A stretch of 64,000 nt of DNA from Octopus vulgaris (GCA_951406725.2 OX597825.1:88226001-88290000); one strand, 5' to 3'. Counted from the first letter of the stretch, positions 15,181 through 30,100 are shown. The notes: generated by a model from the sequence alone, not told the origin. Numbers and translations are program-made.

Positions 15181-15839
15181 GTTTCTGTGAAATTTAAGAA
15201 CTATTCGTAGTTACTTTTGTAAACAAACTTCCAATATGCTTTCTGTGCGAATGGTTTTCTTATACGGCGCCTGTCGAGGGCTTATATATTCCATTATTAG
15301 ATAATTTTTTAGTAATTGCACGGTGGTCACTATAAGCTTTAGGCTTATATGAACACCATTATTATTATTTACAGAATTGTATAAATATCATATATATATA
15401 TATATGTATATAACGGATGTTCCAAAAATGAATACAGATATTGTGTGTTTTGGTTGCTATTTGCTTGCACTTTCGTTCAATGGCTTTTGCCGTTTTTTTT
15501 TTTTTTGGCTGGTAACTTTATTATTTAAGATCTACACTAAACTATACAGTGTTGTGAGGTACTGTAAACACGGAGAGCATTCTAGCAAAGCTCGAGATCT
15601 AATCAACCTATTTGGCAAAACCACGGTGAGGTAGGCTTTTTATTATAATGGTTTGTGGACGCGTTCCAACTTGCCAGAAATAGCTTGCACCTCTTCAAAA
15701 TCCTTTTCAGAGCATGGTATAGCAGATTTGTACATATTCCAGTAAATAGATCTGGTCACACGGCAGTCAAATACGAGTGGTCCACTTAATACTTTTGTTT
15801 GACACACCATACTTTAAAAATTGGTAAATATTCCTGATA

Positions 15840-16435
15840 TTTCTCCATAATATGTGGTACTAAAATCCTCTGTTGTTGCAATTGTGATGTTTAATTGAAT
15901 CATTTAATTTAACTGTAAGCTCATCCGTTTAAAACAATTTTACAAAATGTGTCTCCTCTGCACCTCTTGACAAATATCAGTCTCAAAACTCAAGTTTCAC
16001 GTCCTCGTTACGTGCTTTGAGAGCCAGAACAATTCTTGGAATGTAAACTTGATTTTTAAGATTCCACCGCACGACAAGGTTGCTGCACAGATTTTCTTGA
16101 AATCAGGAAATAATTTATGAAGAGCCTTTCTTTGACATGTTCCCGTCGATGCCAACTATATTTTCAAATGTTTGTTGAGGACATTCTGAAGTGTTCCTTC
16201 TGCTTCAGATTAAGTTTCATTTGAATTTATGGTAAGTCTAAGTCAGTTGGTTTGTTTGGAACTTCCTCTTAAACTATCATTGCATTTCGTCTACCTTTGT
16301 GTATTGAAACGTTCAGTGGCACCGCCAGGTCAAGTTTATTTGTTCAACGCCAGGTCTGCTTTCCTTTATTAATTCGTATTCCTTCTCTTTAAAAAGAAAT
16401 GCAGTTATTTATGTATGTATACAATTGCTAGAACA
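15840..16435 (-). mobile_element. Decayed Tc1/mariner-superfamily transposase remnant (DUF4817-type N-terminus)
   Basis: SRKSVQQ, YIPRIVLAL, DELTVKLNDSIKHHNC (cf. YIPRL.HAL and SDEA.FKLNG.VNRHNC). Confidence 0.55.
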
Positions 16436-17112
16436 CCTATAAATATGTGTACGTGTGTACATCATGTACGTAAATGTATAAAGAATAACTTTTAAAAAAG
16501 ATTCTACGCATTTCGTAAATTTGATAATATTTCCACATTATCATTATAATCAAAGGTTTTAGCACCATCGAAATTGTCATTTTCGCAAAGAAAAAACAAT
16601 GAAGCAAAAACTTACCAAAAATTATACCAAATTCAAAATTCTATATGTAAGAATTTACAATGCACTTCTTTTCAAAACGTTAAAGTTTAAGCTGTTCAGG
16701 TAATTTTTGGAATGCGTGGCATGCTGAGTGTGTCTGTGTTTGCTTCACTTTTAGTTCATGGATTTCAGTCGATATTCACAATGGAACCGGTCTATCAGGA
16801 GCAGCATAAATTTGAGAGCTGTCACGTTTGAAGTTTCTTCCAAGTGGCCATGAAGAAATATGTTAACCGTTTTTTCGTATGTTTTCATTTTTTTTTTGTG
16901 ATTAAGAAAATGTTTTCTTCGTTTTTCAAATATTCTTTATTTTTTGTTTGTATGTTATTTGTATTTGTATATTTCTCTCTCTCTCACTCGCCCCCTCTCT
17001 CTCTCAGCTCTTTGTGTATATATATGAGCATATACATTTACACTACTTGTGTGTATAGATTCATATGTATAAATGTATCTCTGTCTGCCCTGTCTCTCTC
17101 TCTCTTTCTTTC

Positions 17113-17172
<60 letters not shown>

Positions 17173-19150
17173 CATACATACATAGATATATGTGCATTTG
17201 TATTGATTATGATATCGAACATTGCATACAGTTGAGGCTTTCAAGAAAAGAAATATGAAAGGATATACCTCAGATGACGGTTGTATTGATCTTCAAATGC
17301 TACGGAAACATCAATTCCTTGATATTTTTATAAGACGTACAACATTTTAAATTCAAATAACGCAAAATAACAATAAAATCCGATGAATCTCCATCAAATG
17401 TACATCTTGCCGTTTATCTATATATCAGAATGATAAAAGTTATAGGACCACTCGTCCCTGGTGATATCTGCCTCTAAAATGAACTTACAAAACTATTTTT
17501 CTTTGATAGTTCTCCGAATAACTCAACATCGTACGTTGTAAATTGATAAATATACAATTCCATTTTTCTTTACGATTCTTTGTTCAAAGCAACTCTGTCA
17601 GACAGGCTTTTCTATATAATATGTTATTGATAACATTTGTATCGTTCAACTGACTTTTTCATTGTGTCTAATAACAATTACCTTCTCTCTATATATGTAT
17701 ATACACTCATGTACGCAGACGCACATGAGGCTTTCATTTTCATTGCTGCATTGTGGCTTTTCAGTTATGTTGTTCAGTTGTCTTCTGCCGATATATGTGT
17801 ATGGATATGCTAATAGGGGTAGTTATGTGTGTGTGTGTGCGTGTAGGTGCTGGTGCAGTATAATAATTGAGCTAGAAAAATATAAGAGCAATAATGTAAC
17901 AATTGCATTAATTCGTCGTCAATATATTCTCTGCGACATAGTTTTTTTTTTATAAGTGATTTTCATTTCGAAGTTTGTTAACGTAAACTCTGCACATGGA
18001 CATAATAACGATATCAATGAAATATTCAGCGTGAAACGATTCAGAGAAATGTATGTTAAAAATTCTACTCCAGACGAATATTATACGCATCGGTATTGTT
18101 ATCATTGATGTCTAGGAAAGAAAAAACTGAGGTGACGTCCATTTCATATTCCACGTAGTTGTATCACCTTCAATATATCATTCAATATCACAAACACACA
18201 CACACACACACACTTGTATATATATATATATGTATAGATATATCATTATATATATGTGTATATATATGTGTATAGATATATCATTATATATATATGTATG
18301 TATATATGTGTATATATATCATTATACATTGTTTCCGCTTGTGTAACACTTGGTTTAAAATAAACAATTCCTTAAGGATTTAAATGCTTTTGGAGAAGCT
18401 GATATGTATTTTTTGCTATACAAATCATTCCTTGTGTTAAAAAACAGAAAGAGAATGTGTAGGTTAATTATAAAGCATTTCCTGTCAATTAGCTTCCTTG
18501 TTTCTTTGGAAGCAATTTCGTTTAATTTATCCTTTGTGGTTTACTGCAGATTGTTGCAATGTCTCCTTTGCCGTGTCTGATTATGTATGATATCTTGGGT
18601 GTTTTATGGCGAAAAAATAGAATGTAGTACTTTCGTATAACTTTGAAAGTTGATATAAAAAGCATAGAGACCATTTATTGACACAATTACTTACATTATA
18701 TGAAATATATATATATTTCAAACGCAATTTTATTTTCTGTTTATCTTCTATGTTGAAATATTCTGATAATAGTGTTTGCCAAATCAACCTTCAACAAAGC
18801 CAAGTCGTCTTTCTTTGGCAATGTGACAGGCGGTTTGGTATAGAACTACACTTGGCACAGACCATTAAATGGAGTTGAGTCTGTAAAAGTATCTCCGAAT
18901 ATTTTCGTTCAAGAATTTACAAAATATATCAGTTAAATCCGTTTAATCTCAAAACGCAAGGATTAAGAAACACACGAAAAATAATGTTACATAGCAAGTA
19001 ATGACAATTAATAGAAATGGAAAAGTATATTTACATTTCGTTGCTATAGAGAATCTATTGCAACAAACGAAGCAATTATATAAAAAGAACTCTTCCAAGA
19101 ACTCTTTCAGGAAAACGCTGAATACGCAAGTATTCCAATAGAATATTGGA

Positions 19151-19410
<260 letters not shown>

Positions 19411-19598
19411 GAGTGTATTTTTACCTTGTTAACAATTAACACGGAAAAATAAATAAATAGTTACCAGGGCAGCAAAAATCTCACAAGTAAAGTTGTTGTA
19501 ACTCCTTGTTTATAAAGGTAGAAACTTTTTATTTACGTTGAATATTTGAATAATATGAATAAAAAATGGAGTTAACGCAGGTGTAAACAAATATTTTT

Positions 19599-19684
19599 AC
19601 TTTCGACACATGTTTCGAAAATTCCACTGATACTATTCAAAATAATAAATGGTATAAACAATGCAATCTTCACTTCGGGAAAGT
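19599..19684 (-). ncRNA. Hammerhead-like motif in the left pseudo-LTR, extended stem II
   Basis: actttc-CCGAAGT-gaagatt...aattttc-GAAA-catgtg-TC-gaaagt; 6-bp stem I. Confidence 0.62.
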
Positions 19685-20023
19685 GAAAAAAACGAAACTC
19701 GTCAATACGACATTTTAGCAAAGAATGATGGATTTGTATAGCGATAGACAGAACGCTATTAATATTATTTTAAAAAACGTTATATGATATAACGTCATAA
19801 GTAGCTAACAGAAAGAGTAGGGATATTAATAGTGAATGTTAAATATAAAGGAAATTAAAGTTTAAATTATATATAATGATAGAGACTACTTATATGCACT
19901 AAATGTATGTTTTTGCCAATGCTTACATCTGTATGCTCGCTCTATAACCGTGTTTACTAGAGTATTTCTAGTCGTAAAAGAATTATTGATAACAAACATA
20001 ACTTACGCACCGATACAAAGCGA

Positions 20024-20815
20024 ATGAAGGCAGATAACCCTTATTTAATCCCCTATTATCGATCTATAAGTAAATATAACACCTTCAAAAGTAATTACGC
20101 TATGAATACTAGTAAAAATATTTGGTTAATAATTCCTTACGTGAGACAAATTAAATCTAATCTCCCACTGCTGTTTCGTCAAGCTATTGCTAGGAATTTT
20201 CCAAACAATTCTAGATATTATTCTATAATTAATTCACATAAGGTTAGGATAGGTTTTTCAAACACAAAAAATCTCTTGCAAATTATATCTTCTCATAATA
20301 ACAAACTGTTAAATATTAATACATTTACTAATACTAACATTAATTTAGCTAATACCATCCAACCCTCTAGAAATATTAATAACAAGGTTACTGTATCTGA
20401 AGTCAATTCCAATAGAATTAAATTTATGTCAAGTAACTCTAAGATTAAAAATTCTATATACCAGTGTATAATCACTACTCGTAATAAAGTACGATTTTAC
20501 ATTGGAAGCACATCGTTAAAGTTATCTAAAATAATTTCTATCCATTATTCAACATTTAGGGACAGAAATAAACGGAATAGTACCGGTCTCAGCAAACTGA
20601 TTTGGGATTTAAAAGACCACAATGAACAATTTCATTTAGAATGGTTGATCCTCTCAATTTCGATACCATATGACAAAGGCAAGAAATTCTGTCTTCTCTG
20701 CAATTCTGAGCTATTTTTCATTATTTTTTCTAAAAATACTCTAGTAAACACGGTTATAAAGCGAGCATACAGATGTAAGCATTGGCAAAAACATACATTT
20801 AGTGCATATAAGTAG
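20024..20815 (+). pseudogene. C-terminal part of a PLE ORF (thumb/linker plus GIY-YIG endonuclease), probably Naiad/Neptune type
   Basis: WLIIPY..NFP..IINSHKVRIGFS..IISSHN; SIYQC..FYIGST; STGLSKLIWDLK; CLLC..E; RCKH. The frame stays open upstream to the 19968 junction, so the ATG is internal. The expected catalytic Arg position reads Ile (ata). Confidence 0.8.
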
Positions 20816-21009
20816 TCTCTATCATTATATATAATTTAAACTTTAATTTCCTTTATATTTAACATTCACTATTAATATCCCTACTCTTTCTGTTAGCTAC
20901 TTATGACGTTATATCATATAACGTTTTTTTAAACAATATTAATAGCGTTCTGTATATCGCTATACAAATCCATCATTCTTTGCTCGTATTGACGAGTTTC
21001 GTTTTTTTC

Positions 21010-21095
21010 ACTTTTCCGGAGAGAAGATTGCATTGTTTATACCATTTATTCTTTTGAATAGTATCAGTGGAATTTTCGAAACATGTGTCGAAAGT
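21010..21095 (+). ncRNA. Hammerhead-like motif in the right pseudo-LTR, extended stem II
   Basis: actttt-CCGGAGA-gaagatt...aattttc-GAAA-catgtg-TC-gaaagt. Confidence 0.62.
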
Positions 21096-22237
21096 AAAAA
21101 TATTTGTTTACACCTGCGTTAACTCCATTTTTTATTCATATATATATATATATATTTGGAGTTAAACGCAGGTGTTATTCAAATCTTTATATTTCCCGAT
21201 TATTTGAATAATAAACGAGAATTAACACCAAAGTGCTTGCATTATTCCCCAAATCTGTTCAAATATTTATCTAATGAGAATTCTTAATAATGTATCATTT
21301 TACGTAAGAGATAGTTTGAGTTTCTCTACACGAAGATTTTAAGTTGACTATCGTTAGTCTTTGCTAATCTAGAAGCAATGACTACCCCCGCATCCAGTAC
21401 AACTCTGTTATTTCTTTATCTTCGATTCACGACTTTTATAACTCTCAGGTCTGTCCTACTTTTACACTATCGGAACATGGATTATATTAGCAGCTAACAC
21501 TTAAAACCTGTGTTTATCAGAAAGTGTTGATCTCTCCTTCTTTTTCCACTAATAACAGAACTGTAAATTGTGTATAAATGTTTATTTGTGCATTTGTGTA
21601 AATGCAAACTTGTTTAGCTTTATTTATGGATTATGTCACATAACTCAACATGTAACTTTTATGTAATCTACCGCAATGAAATATGAAGAAGGCGAAATGC
21701 TTGCAAAGAAATATTGGAGGAATGACCAAAGGTAAACATTAAAATATCCCCCACTGAATTTATTCAGGTAGATACAGGTTCCGTGTCTCGGAATTACCTA
21801 ATCTTTCTTGTATTAAATCCAAGCGGGGAAAATTTAATTTAGTCGTATTTTGATTAAGAAGTAATATAAAAAAAAACAACAAAAGTATTACACATTCCTG
21901 TGTTTTTATTCGTTTACTCATTTACTCTCTTCCACTCGAAGGACACTTCTAGAAGCGACGATCTGCAGCTGTCAGCTGAAAATGACTTTTGTATAAAATG
22001 CGAAATGTTTGCAATCGTTCTCATGGCGTTTGTGTTCTTTAATATTATTTATTTCAAAATTTATTTTTAGTAAATTAATCATCGCAAAGTAATTATTTTT
22101 TAAATAATTTTTACTTTTAGGGTATTGTACTAGACCCACTCAGTATTCGACAACTCACATTGACATTTCATTAAGTGAAGCATTTTTAATGCAAAACCCT
22201 CAATAAAAGATAAAATTGTAATTTTTGTACACACATG

Positions 22238-22290
<53 letters not shown>

Positions 22291-22395
22291 GCTTTCACAC
22301 ATAAATACATACGTAAATACAAACATACACACATATATACATGCATATATATATGTATATGCATATATATATGTATATGTATATATATATGTATA

Positions 22396-22431
<36 letters not shown>

Positions 22432-22699
22432 AATACATGCATATATGTATATATATATTGATATATACGTGTGTGTGTATATGTTCTTGTTTTAATTGTT
22501 GGTTATATTGAAAACAATTTAGCGCATTTTGTAATTAAGTTAACTCTTAGTGCACAGCTGAGAGTGGCAACTGGTGTGGATTAATTGCCGAATTTGCAGA
22601 TTCGTGGGTGGTGGTCGTCATGAATTGTACACTTTGCAACACGTTGATGCCACCGCAACCAAACTCTTCCCAATTAAGCGCAAGTTCTCCCATTCGATG

Positions 22700-23000
22700 G
22701 ATCTATAAATTTATTTCATTCTGAGTTTCACATAGAGTTCTCTTTGCAGATATATATGTTCTGAGGTAGTCTTCCCTTGCCTTCCCCATCGGGATTTCCG
22801 TTGACCCAAGTGGAGCTCAGAAGGACTTCAGTACAAGTTGTTTTTGGTTCTGCTGGGTGTCACAAGTGTTTCAAGCTCCAGATGTGGCGGAGCAGGTTTC
22901 GTCGCCGACCACGGGACCATAGAACAGGTAGTACTTGTTTACATGGCACCAGCAGCAGGTGTCCTGAGTCTGCAAGGCGAACCCTGATCTGACTAAAAAC
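22700..23000 (-). mobile_element. Decayed RTE-clade LINE 3' fragment
   Basis: GC-rich island; broken frames give HVNKYYLFYG, QLVLKSF*AP and GQRKSRWGRQGKT, resembling the RTE C-terminal G.R.RGRP..T motif. Confidence 0.5.
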
Positions 23001-23383
23001 GCAGAATAGAGGTACAATATAATAATGCTGGTCCAGCAAAATTTAAAATTGAGTACAAAATGTCAAAGGTTATATATGAATGTTGAAATCATTATAAGTA
23101 AACACTTCAGTAAATACCTGCTACCAAATGCATTGGAGCCATTAACATGCCATTTGACTTTCCGGCACAATGTACCTTAAAATACATCTTCCAAATGTTA
23201 CTGCGTTTTTGAAAGTACTGACTTGTGATGTGAGGGGAATTTTACAGCGGCAAAATGCAATAAGTTTTAAATATAGATATATCGTATGCATTTGTCAGTC
23301 ATTTAACGAAGAGTGTATATAGATAAATACATAATAGGTGCTGAAATCAATTGAATTATCAGCGAGATCAATTGAATTATCAG

Positions 23384-23759
23384 CGCAGCAGTAGCTGTGT
23401 GGTAAGAAGCGTGCTTCCCAACCACATGGTTCAGCGTTCAGTCCCACAGCGTGGCACCTTGGGCAAGTGTCTTCTATTGTAGTCTCGAGCCAACCGAAGC
23501 CTTCTGAGTGGATTTTGTACATGGAAACCGAGAGAAGCCTGTCTTATATATGTGTGTATGTTTCTCCCACCAACATCACTTGACAACCGATGCTGGTGTG
23601 TTTACGTCCCCGTAACCTAGCGTGTTCGGCAAAAGGAACCAATATTATAAGTACTAGGCTTACAAAAATAAGTTCTGGGGTCGATTTGTTCGACTAAAGG
23701 CGTTACCCCAGCATGGCTGCAGTCAATTGAATGAAACAAATAAAGGATAAAAAAAAAAC
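23384..23759 (+). mobile_element. tRNA-derived SINE of a second family with a CORE-like motif and CR1-type tail
   Basis: tagctgtgtggtaag (A box), gttcagtcc (B box), ccttgggcaagt; tail ccccagcatggctgcagtc..tgaaacaa. Confidence 0.85.
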
Positions 23760-24073
23760 AATATATATATATACGCACGCGTATAATTTTGAGTTATAGT
23801 TTTGTTTTCTCTATTCACTGGAATTTAGACTGAAGTGAAAAGTTATGCAGATTCGTTGAATGGCGAGTTCTTATCCATCGACAAAAAGGCATTATCTATA
23901 ACAGGCTTATATATCTGTGCGCGCTTGTGTGTGCGCGCTTGTGTGTGTGTGTGTGTGTGTGTGCGTGCGTTTGTCTCAGTGTAAAATAGCCTTCTCTTCA
24001 GGAAGAGAGCAGGAAGTTATAGAATATTGATAATGTTTCTATATGTGGAAGTGAGCGTGTGTATGCATGTGTA

Positions 24074-24107
<34 letters not shown>

Positions 24108-24699
24108 ATAGAAACGAATGAGACAGACATGTCTGTCCAAACGCAAGTGTAAAGGCAACACATACATCGCCAGACAAATACGTTGTGGTGATCATTATAT
24201 GTAATATTGTATTTATACGTCATGTATAATTCATATTTTCCAAAACATTGTAATTGGGAATGATGTTTTTCGAATTACCATTATTGTGACAGAGTGAATT
24301 TTATAAAGATTAATCATAGAATAAATATTAAAACCCTATTAATATCAATAGAGACATAGCACGAAGTATGTATTTCAACGCACACACGCATATACGTATA
24401 TGTGATATATATGTGCACACACACATTCACACATACACTCACGCTCGTACACACGCATACAGACACACTCATACACTAAGATGTCGATATAAAAAATATA
24501 GATATATTCACACCGTGAAAAATGTACTCCTGAAAGTCTATGTTCATGATATTATGAATATTGACACATATATTTTGCTCACAAACACACACACGCGCGC
24601 GGGCGTAGACAAACACACACATGCACACATACACGCACACCACACCAAGATACACACATAAACACATACACATATTTCCCACTTACAAAGTGGGAATCA

Positions 24700-25500
24700 A
24701 AGTAGGCCTATGGAATTTACGTAATTCCTGCTTTAGTAGTAGTAACCAACCTCTTAGAACTCAGGTCGGTCATGCATATTCATTCGTGAAACTGTTGTCG
24801 CTAAAGTGCTGCATCGTAGAAAATGTCGACTAGCTGACGCCGAATCTCTGCCTGTCTTACCATGTGCTCGATCCAATTCGGAGATCGGATGTTGCCCAAT
24901 TTATCAAATCCTACATCTTGCGAACGAACTCACGTATACATCCTCACAAGATAAAACTACTAATACAATATTTAATGGCATGAGTATACAGACTTCTTTA
25001 ATACTGTGGCCTAGTAACCGCTATACGTTTCTTTTTAAATATTTCCATCCTATTTTTGATTCACCGAATATATATATATATGTGTTGAAGTCACTACATA
25101 TATTGTCAATAATTATTCTGAAATAAAAAAAATTAAGAGTTCCCTTAGAGTTATATCCTCTTTGCATCCCTCGTCTCGGAGGAATTATTACTTTAGGCGA
25201 GAAGATTCTTGCATTTGGTGGGAGAGACAAAGACGTAGCGTACCCGTGCTAGATTATTCAGGAAGTGCCTTAGTGTATAAAAGACAGTGGCTAAAAGGTG
25301 AGAGACGTGTTTGGCACGAGTTTGGATTATTTTCTGTCACCATTCGTCAACGGTCATCTTCAACATTTAAATCTCCGGTACCAAGAACCTCCATCTTCCA
25401 TCAATACTTCTTGGACTCATAACTCTGGAGACTATTTTGCTTTGTCCATTATTTGATATTGATACAATCATTTTGTATCAACTCTGTACTGCCATTATTG
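24700..25500 (-). mobile_element. Possible highly decayed mariner
   Basis: GTGDLNVEDDR (HTH-like), PKVIIPPRRGM and a FSTMQHF-like remnant occur in mariner order. Confidence 0.4.
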
Positions 25501-27260
25501 TAAACTTTATCATATTATTCAATATTTAACTGAACTGTACAGACCTGTTTGTTTTACTTGCTTTTTCGATTAGGACTGTCATGCAGTAACAGTAACAGTA
25601 TATATATATATATATATATATACCGCAGACCTCTAAGTTTGAGGGAACTTGTGACTGAAAATAATTGCGCAGGGATATATACGATGTATGAAATATTGCA
25701 ATCAGTCCACGTCCAGCATCGAATAGTGAGAACCACATTCGACACTTACTTTGAAGACAATCATCTCAAGGTATTTTGCTATACGTAAATGAATGTAAAG
25801 GGCTTACAATTGCATACACCTCTCCCTAGGTTCTGGTATATGTAAATCCACTTTGTAAGTATTGTACATCATAATTTACTTCTAAATAATAATTCACTGT
25901 GTTGTAAGCAAGTACACAAACATAATTTTTCTATTAGATGCTTAGAAATTCCATGCTATGAATGATCAGTAAGAGGTTGTGTGACACAAACTAATTATTT
26001 AACAACGACCTCTAAATAAATAGGAATAACCGACGATGAACCTCCATATGTTTGTATTTCACTCATTACCTAAGTTGGTGTCTAAGATCGATGGATTATA
26101 TAAATTTATCCGAGTTAATGGATAGTCCATTGATTACTCTTTGTGATGAATATGTGTTTCATATTTAAGAAAAGTCTTGTAATACAGCAAAGAGGTAATT
26201 CGTGGAAACTTGGAATTAGACAAAACTCTTCCTAAAAACGTTTTTGCTATTAGCGATGTTCGATTTTTTTACAATATGATTTACCGAAAATATTTCTATA
26301 GACTTCATTTAGCTATGAAAAGTTGGTGCAAAACAATGGCTTGAAATGTAACTGAAGAATTGCTAATTTTCATCTCAGCTGTTACACAATACGTCAATAG
26401 ACAATACTGTACAGTCATCAAGAGCATCATCATCATCGCCGTCATCGTTTTCTTTGTCGTCGTGGTAATTGTCGTCTTAACCTCCCGTCTACCCTCCTTC
26501 ACCTCTTGATAACTAACCCGATGGTGGTTGTTCGATCTGCTTGAAATGAGAGTCAGCTATCAATCGAATTGAATACATCCTGCCCTTCTTTTAGGACTAC
26601 GTATCATAATTTTCGGCATGAAGCGCGTCAATGTTACTCGATGTTCTTATTATAAAACTCATGATTTCTTCCTTATTCGCTGCTGAATGATTCTGGAAAC
26701 GGAATTAGATCGTATAACTCACCGATTTCTTGAATTTGCAACTGATTTAGAACCAATATATAATAACTAATGAAAGATAAAATATAAAGAAATGGTTTAA
26801 CTGGATTGGAGAGAACTTTGTATAGTAAATTCCAAATAAGATCGAACATTTCCTGAACTTAAGACATTTGGAATCCAAGTAATTTAACGAATTATTTTTT
26901 CTACACCTGAAATGCTGTTCTTTTATGTAAAACTGACATTTAACATTACCGCTGTTGTCGTAAGCAAAATACTCTATCTTAGTATATGCAGATAGTTGAT
27001 AAGAATTTATTAGGGGTCTATAAAATCTACAACAAACAAGGATGTAAGGTGTTTTCTTGTGCAATTTTGCACGTGCAATATTGCGTATGATCTTAATCAG
27101 CATCAGAAGAGTCTGCACAAAATATATTTCACTGTGGAGGTATTAGTGATACTGAACACTGTTATTACCAGTTTAATTAATACTCCAGACTTTTTCGCAT
27201 TATCGTTATTTTGCAAATCATTCACCCAGATAATGTCATTCTCAATATTTCCCTAGATTT

Positions 27261-27488
27261 AAGGTGGTGAGCTAGCAGAATCTTTAACCCGCAGGACAAA
27301 ATGTTCAACGGTATTTCGCCTATCATTACATTCTGAGGTCATATGTTGCATGTTGCCGAAGTTGGCTTTGCCTTCCTTCCTTTCGAGGTCGATAAAGTAA
27401 GTACCAGTTGAACGCTGGGGTTGATGAAATCGATTTAGCTCCTTCCTCGAGATTTCAGGCCTTATGACTTTAGTAGAAATGATTATTT
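27261..27488 (+). mobile_element. tRNA-derived SINE
   Basis: aaggtggtgagctagcagaa start; same body and tail as the 9734 copy. Confidence 0.75.
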
Positions 27489-28395
27489 TCCCTGATTCGT
27501 TTTATATTTTGAAGACAAATCCTCCAAGTTGTTTTCATTATAGTTAACCTATAAGTGTAATTTCCCAACACGCAGTTAGATTCTAAAGTTCACAGTTGGC
27601 ACTGAATCTGCTACAATGGGATTAAAAGTCCATACTGAGGAAGTGGAGCAGATATCATGCACACTACATATGTTTCTTAACTAGCTGAAACTAGTGACGC
27701 AATTCTTATGCAATGAACTATGCGCAGTGAAGCTAATCATTAGACTGAGTTTAATTAAGTTGAAGTCACAATTTTGTTGTGGCTAACTTCCTTTCATTCT
27801 CAGCCTCATTATTAACAACGTTGAACATTGCTCATTGCATAACAACGTTAAGAAAGATATGTAGCGTGCATTTTCGCTATTCCACTCCCTCTTATAATTC
27901 CCTATTTTGTATAGTATTCATATCTTTATAAGGCACCTCTGCTTTTAAAAATACTCTTATGATTTTTAATTTTATAAACTGAAAATATTACGATACCTTC
28001 ACAATTATAATTGAAGCCAAAACACGTCTGTTGCTCTGAGAATTTGGTAAAAGAAACCCAGACCAAGTTCCTTGAGACTATTGAGCAAGATGTGAAGACC
28101 TTGGAATAAATGTATCATTACACATCTCATTCAATAACCAACAGAAATCGTGTCGCCATTCATAATTTCATTATAGACAGACGTACGAAACAACATCGCT
28201 GACGCTAGCTAATCGTGTAAGGTGAGCTGATTTAATCGATATGTAATAATTTGACAAATTCTTTGACGCTAATAGACATAATAACATGATTCTCGACTGA
28301 AATAGCATATAATAATATCACAAACTTACCAGATATCTTATGAATCATATCTAACTACAAAAGCCAACTATGGAATATTTAGATTAATTGAATCA

Positions 28396-28435
<40 letters not shown>

Positions 28436-28534
28436 CCGCACACAGACAAATACACACACACATATATATATACAAACGCGCGCACACACATATATTTCAT
28501 GAATTTATGCACTTATTCATCAAGTTTCCATATG

Positions 28535-29243
28535 CATCGTGTTTGGGTTAAATCGGACGAATTTTTCAGACAAAACAGTGATAAATTGTTGAACAGGTAA
28601 CGAAGTTGGAGAGCGTAAATATCTAAGTTGTAGTTGAGGAAACGTTATATGCTATGGAAGATCAAAAGCCATTTGGGAACTGGAAATTCTCGCCAGGTAT
28701 TAAAATGTCAACGTCATGACTGCTGCTCAATGCTCTGTAAAGTAATTAAGCCGTGACATGCATTTGCAACGAAGACTACGAAAACCTGGCCAACAGGAAT
28801 CGAAACAGCAAGTATTCTGACTACATCCGCACGCTTAGTATTTATCCCAACATCAATGAACCGGGCCTTAAACCCTATTCGGAAGGCTATAGGAAACTGC
28901 TAAAGACTTTGGAGAGCGTTACTATTAAGGAAACATATGTGTAACTGCTGCATTCACCTGTATGCGAGAACTCCGGAAAGAGTCAGAGGTGATAATCTGA
29001 AAATTTCATCAGCCTCAGTTTCTGCAAAAAGCTATTCGAACATTTTCCCAGAGACACTGTGAAGAATGCATGCACCAGGTTGAAGCGAGGGTGGAAGCTG
29101 AGAGTAGCTACTTTCAGTAAACTAATATCTTTCAGCCATAATATACTTCATTTTTAATAATAAATGTTTTAATTTTTTCATGGGAATTTGTCTTTCCTGT
29201 CCCTGTTTATGCAACTCGTCAAATTTAGCCCGAACACACTGTA
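28535..29243 (+). mobile_element. Internally deleted maT-like element with TIRs
   Basis: Left gtgtttgggttaaatcggacga matches the reverse complement of right tcgtcaaatttagcccgaacac; C-terminal remnant VKNACTR..VEAESSYFQ*. Confidence 0.6.
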
Positions 29244-29874
29244 TGCATGTTGATGTGTATATAATGATTCCATGAAATAAGTGATGTTTAATTCGTATAA
29301 AATATAAATTTCTTGCAAAGCCGCCAACAGAAATATATTTTCTTCCGACATCAATACTAATTATATTTGACTCTGCTTCTCTAAACTATTTGCATTCTTA
29401 AAGTAAAGTGTATTTCAATCTGATTGCACTTAGTGTGAGTCGCATTCTGGTCTCAGGATAAATAATTTCCAATCGATACCCTTGTGAATATTTCATCATC
29501 CCTATCGTTCTCCTCTCAGTGGTCACATCGCTGATAACCGCCCAGTTTCAGAGCAAATGACAATTGCCTTGATACTAGCAGCAACAGGAAGACGTCCATA
29601 TTGCATTATTTACATTGTAAAACGTTTTCATTAAGCTTCCACCTTGTACAGTACGATGTTGGCTAATGAGGGAAATCCGAAATTATACGTTTTCAATTAC
29701 TGAATGGTTATAAATGAAATTCATGTATCTTCTCTGTAATTTAATACTATAGCGCAGACATAATTTATGACGAATATCTACCGCTGTAGGTCTTTAATCA
29801 ATTCTTAACAGTTTTGGTTGTATTTCTTACAAGTTATTTAATTATTACTTATTACTTCGAGTATGCGACTCTCC

Positions 29875-29908
<34 letters not shown>

Positions 29909-30100
29909 ACGTACAAACTCACACAAAAATACACACAGACACACATACAGAAACACTCACATACGCACACATATATATATATTCATATATGCATACATAC
30001 ATACAAAATCACATCCATAAAACCATCCACAGGTACACATATATTTAAATATGTACATATATATGTATGTATATGTATTTATATATATATACATATATAT

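Larger units (their letters stand above)
19553..21141 (+). mobile_element. 5'-truncated Penelope-like element (PLE) with inverted pseudo-LTRs
   Basis: 19553-19967 is the near-identical reverse complement of 20734-21141; GIY-YIG ORF between the arms; hammerhead-like motif in each arm; the 3' end abuts (TA)n. Confidence 0.88.
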
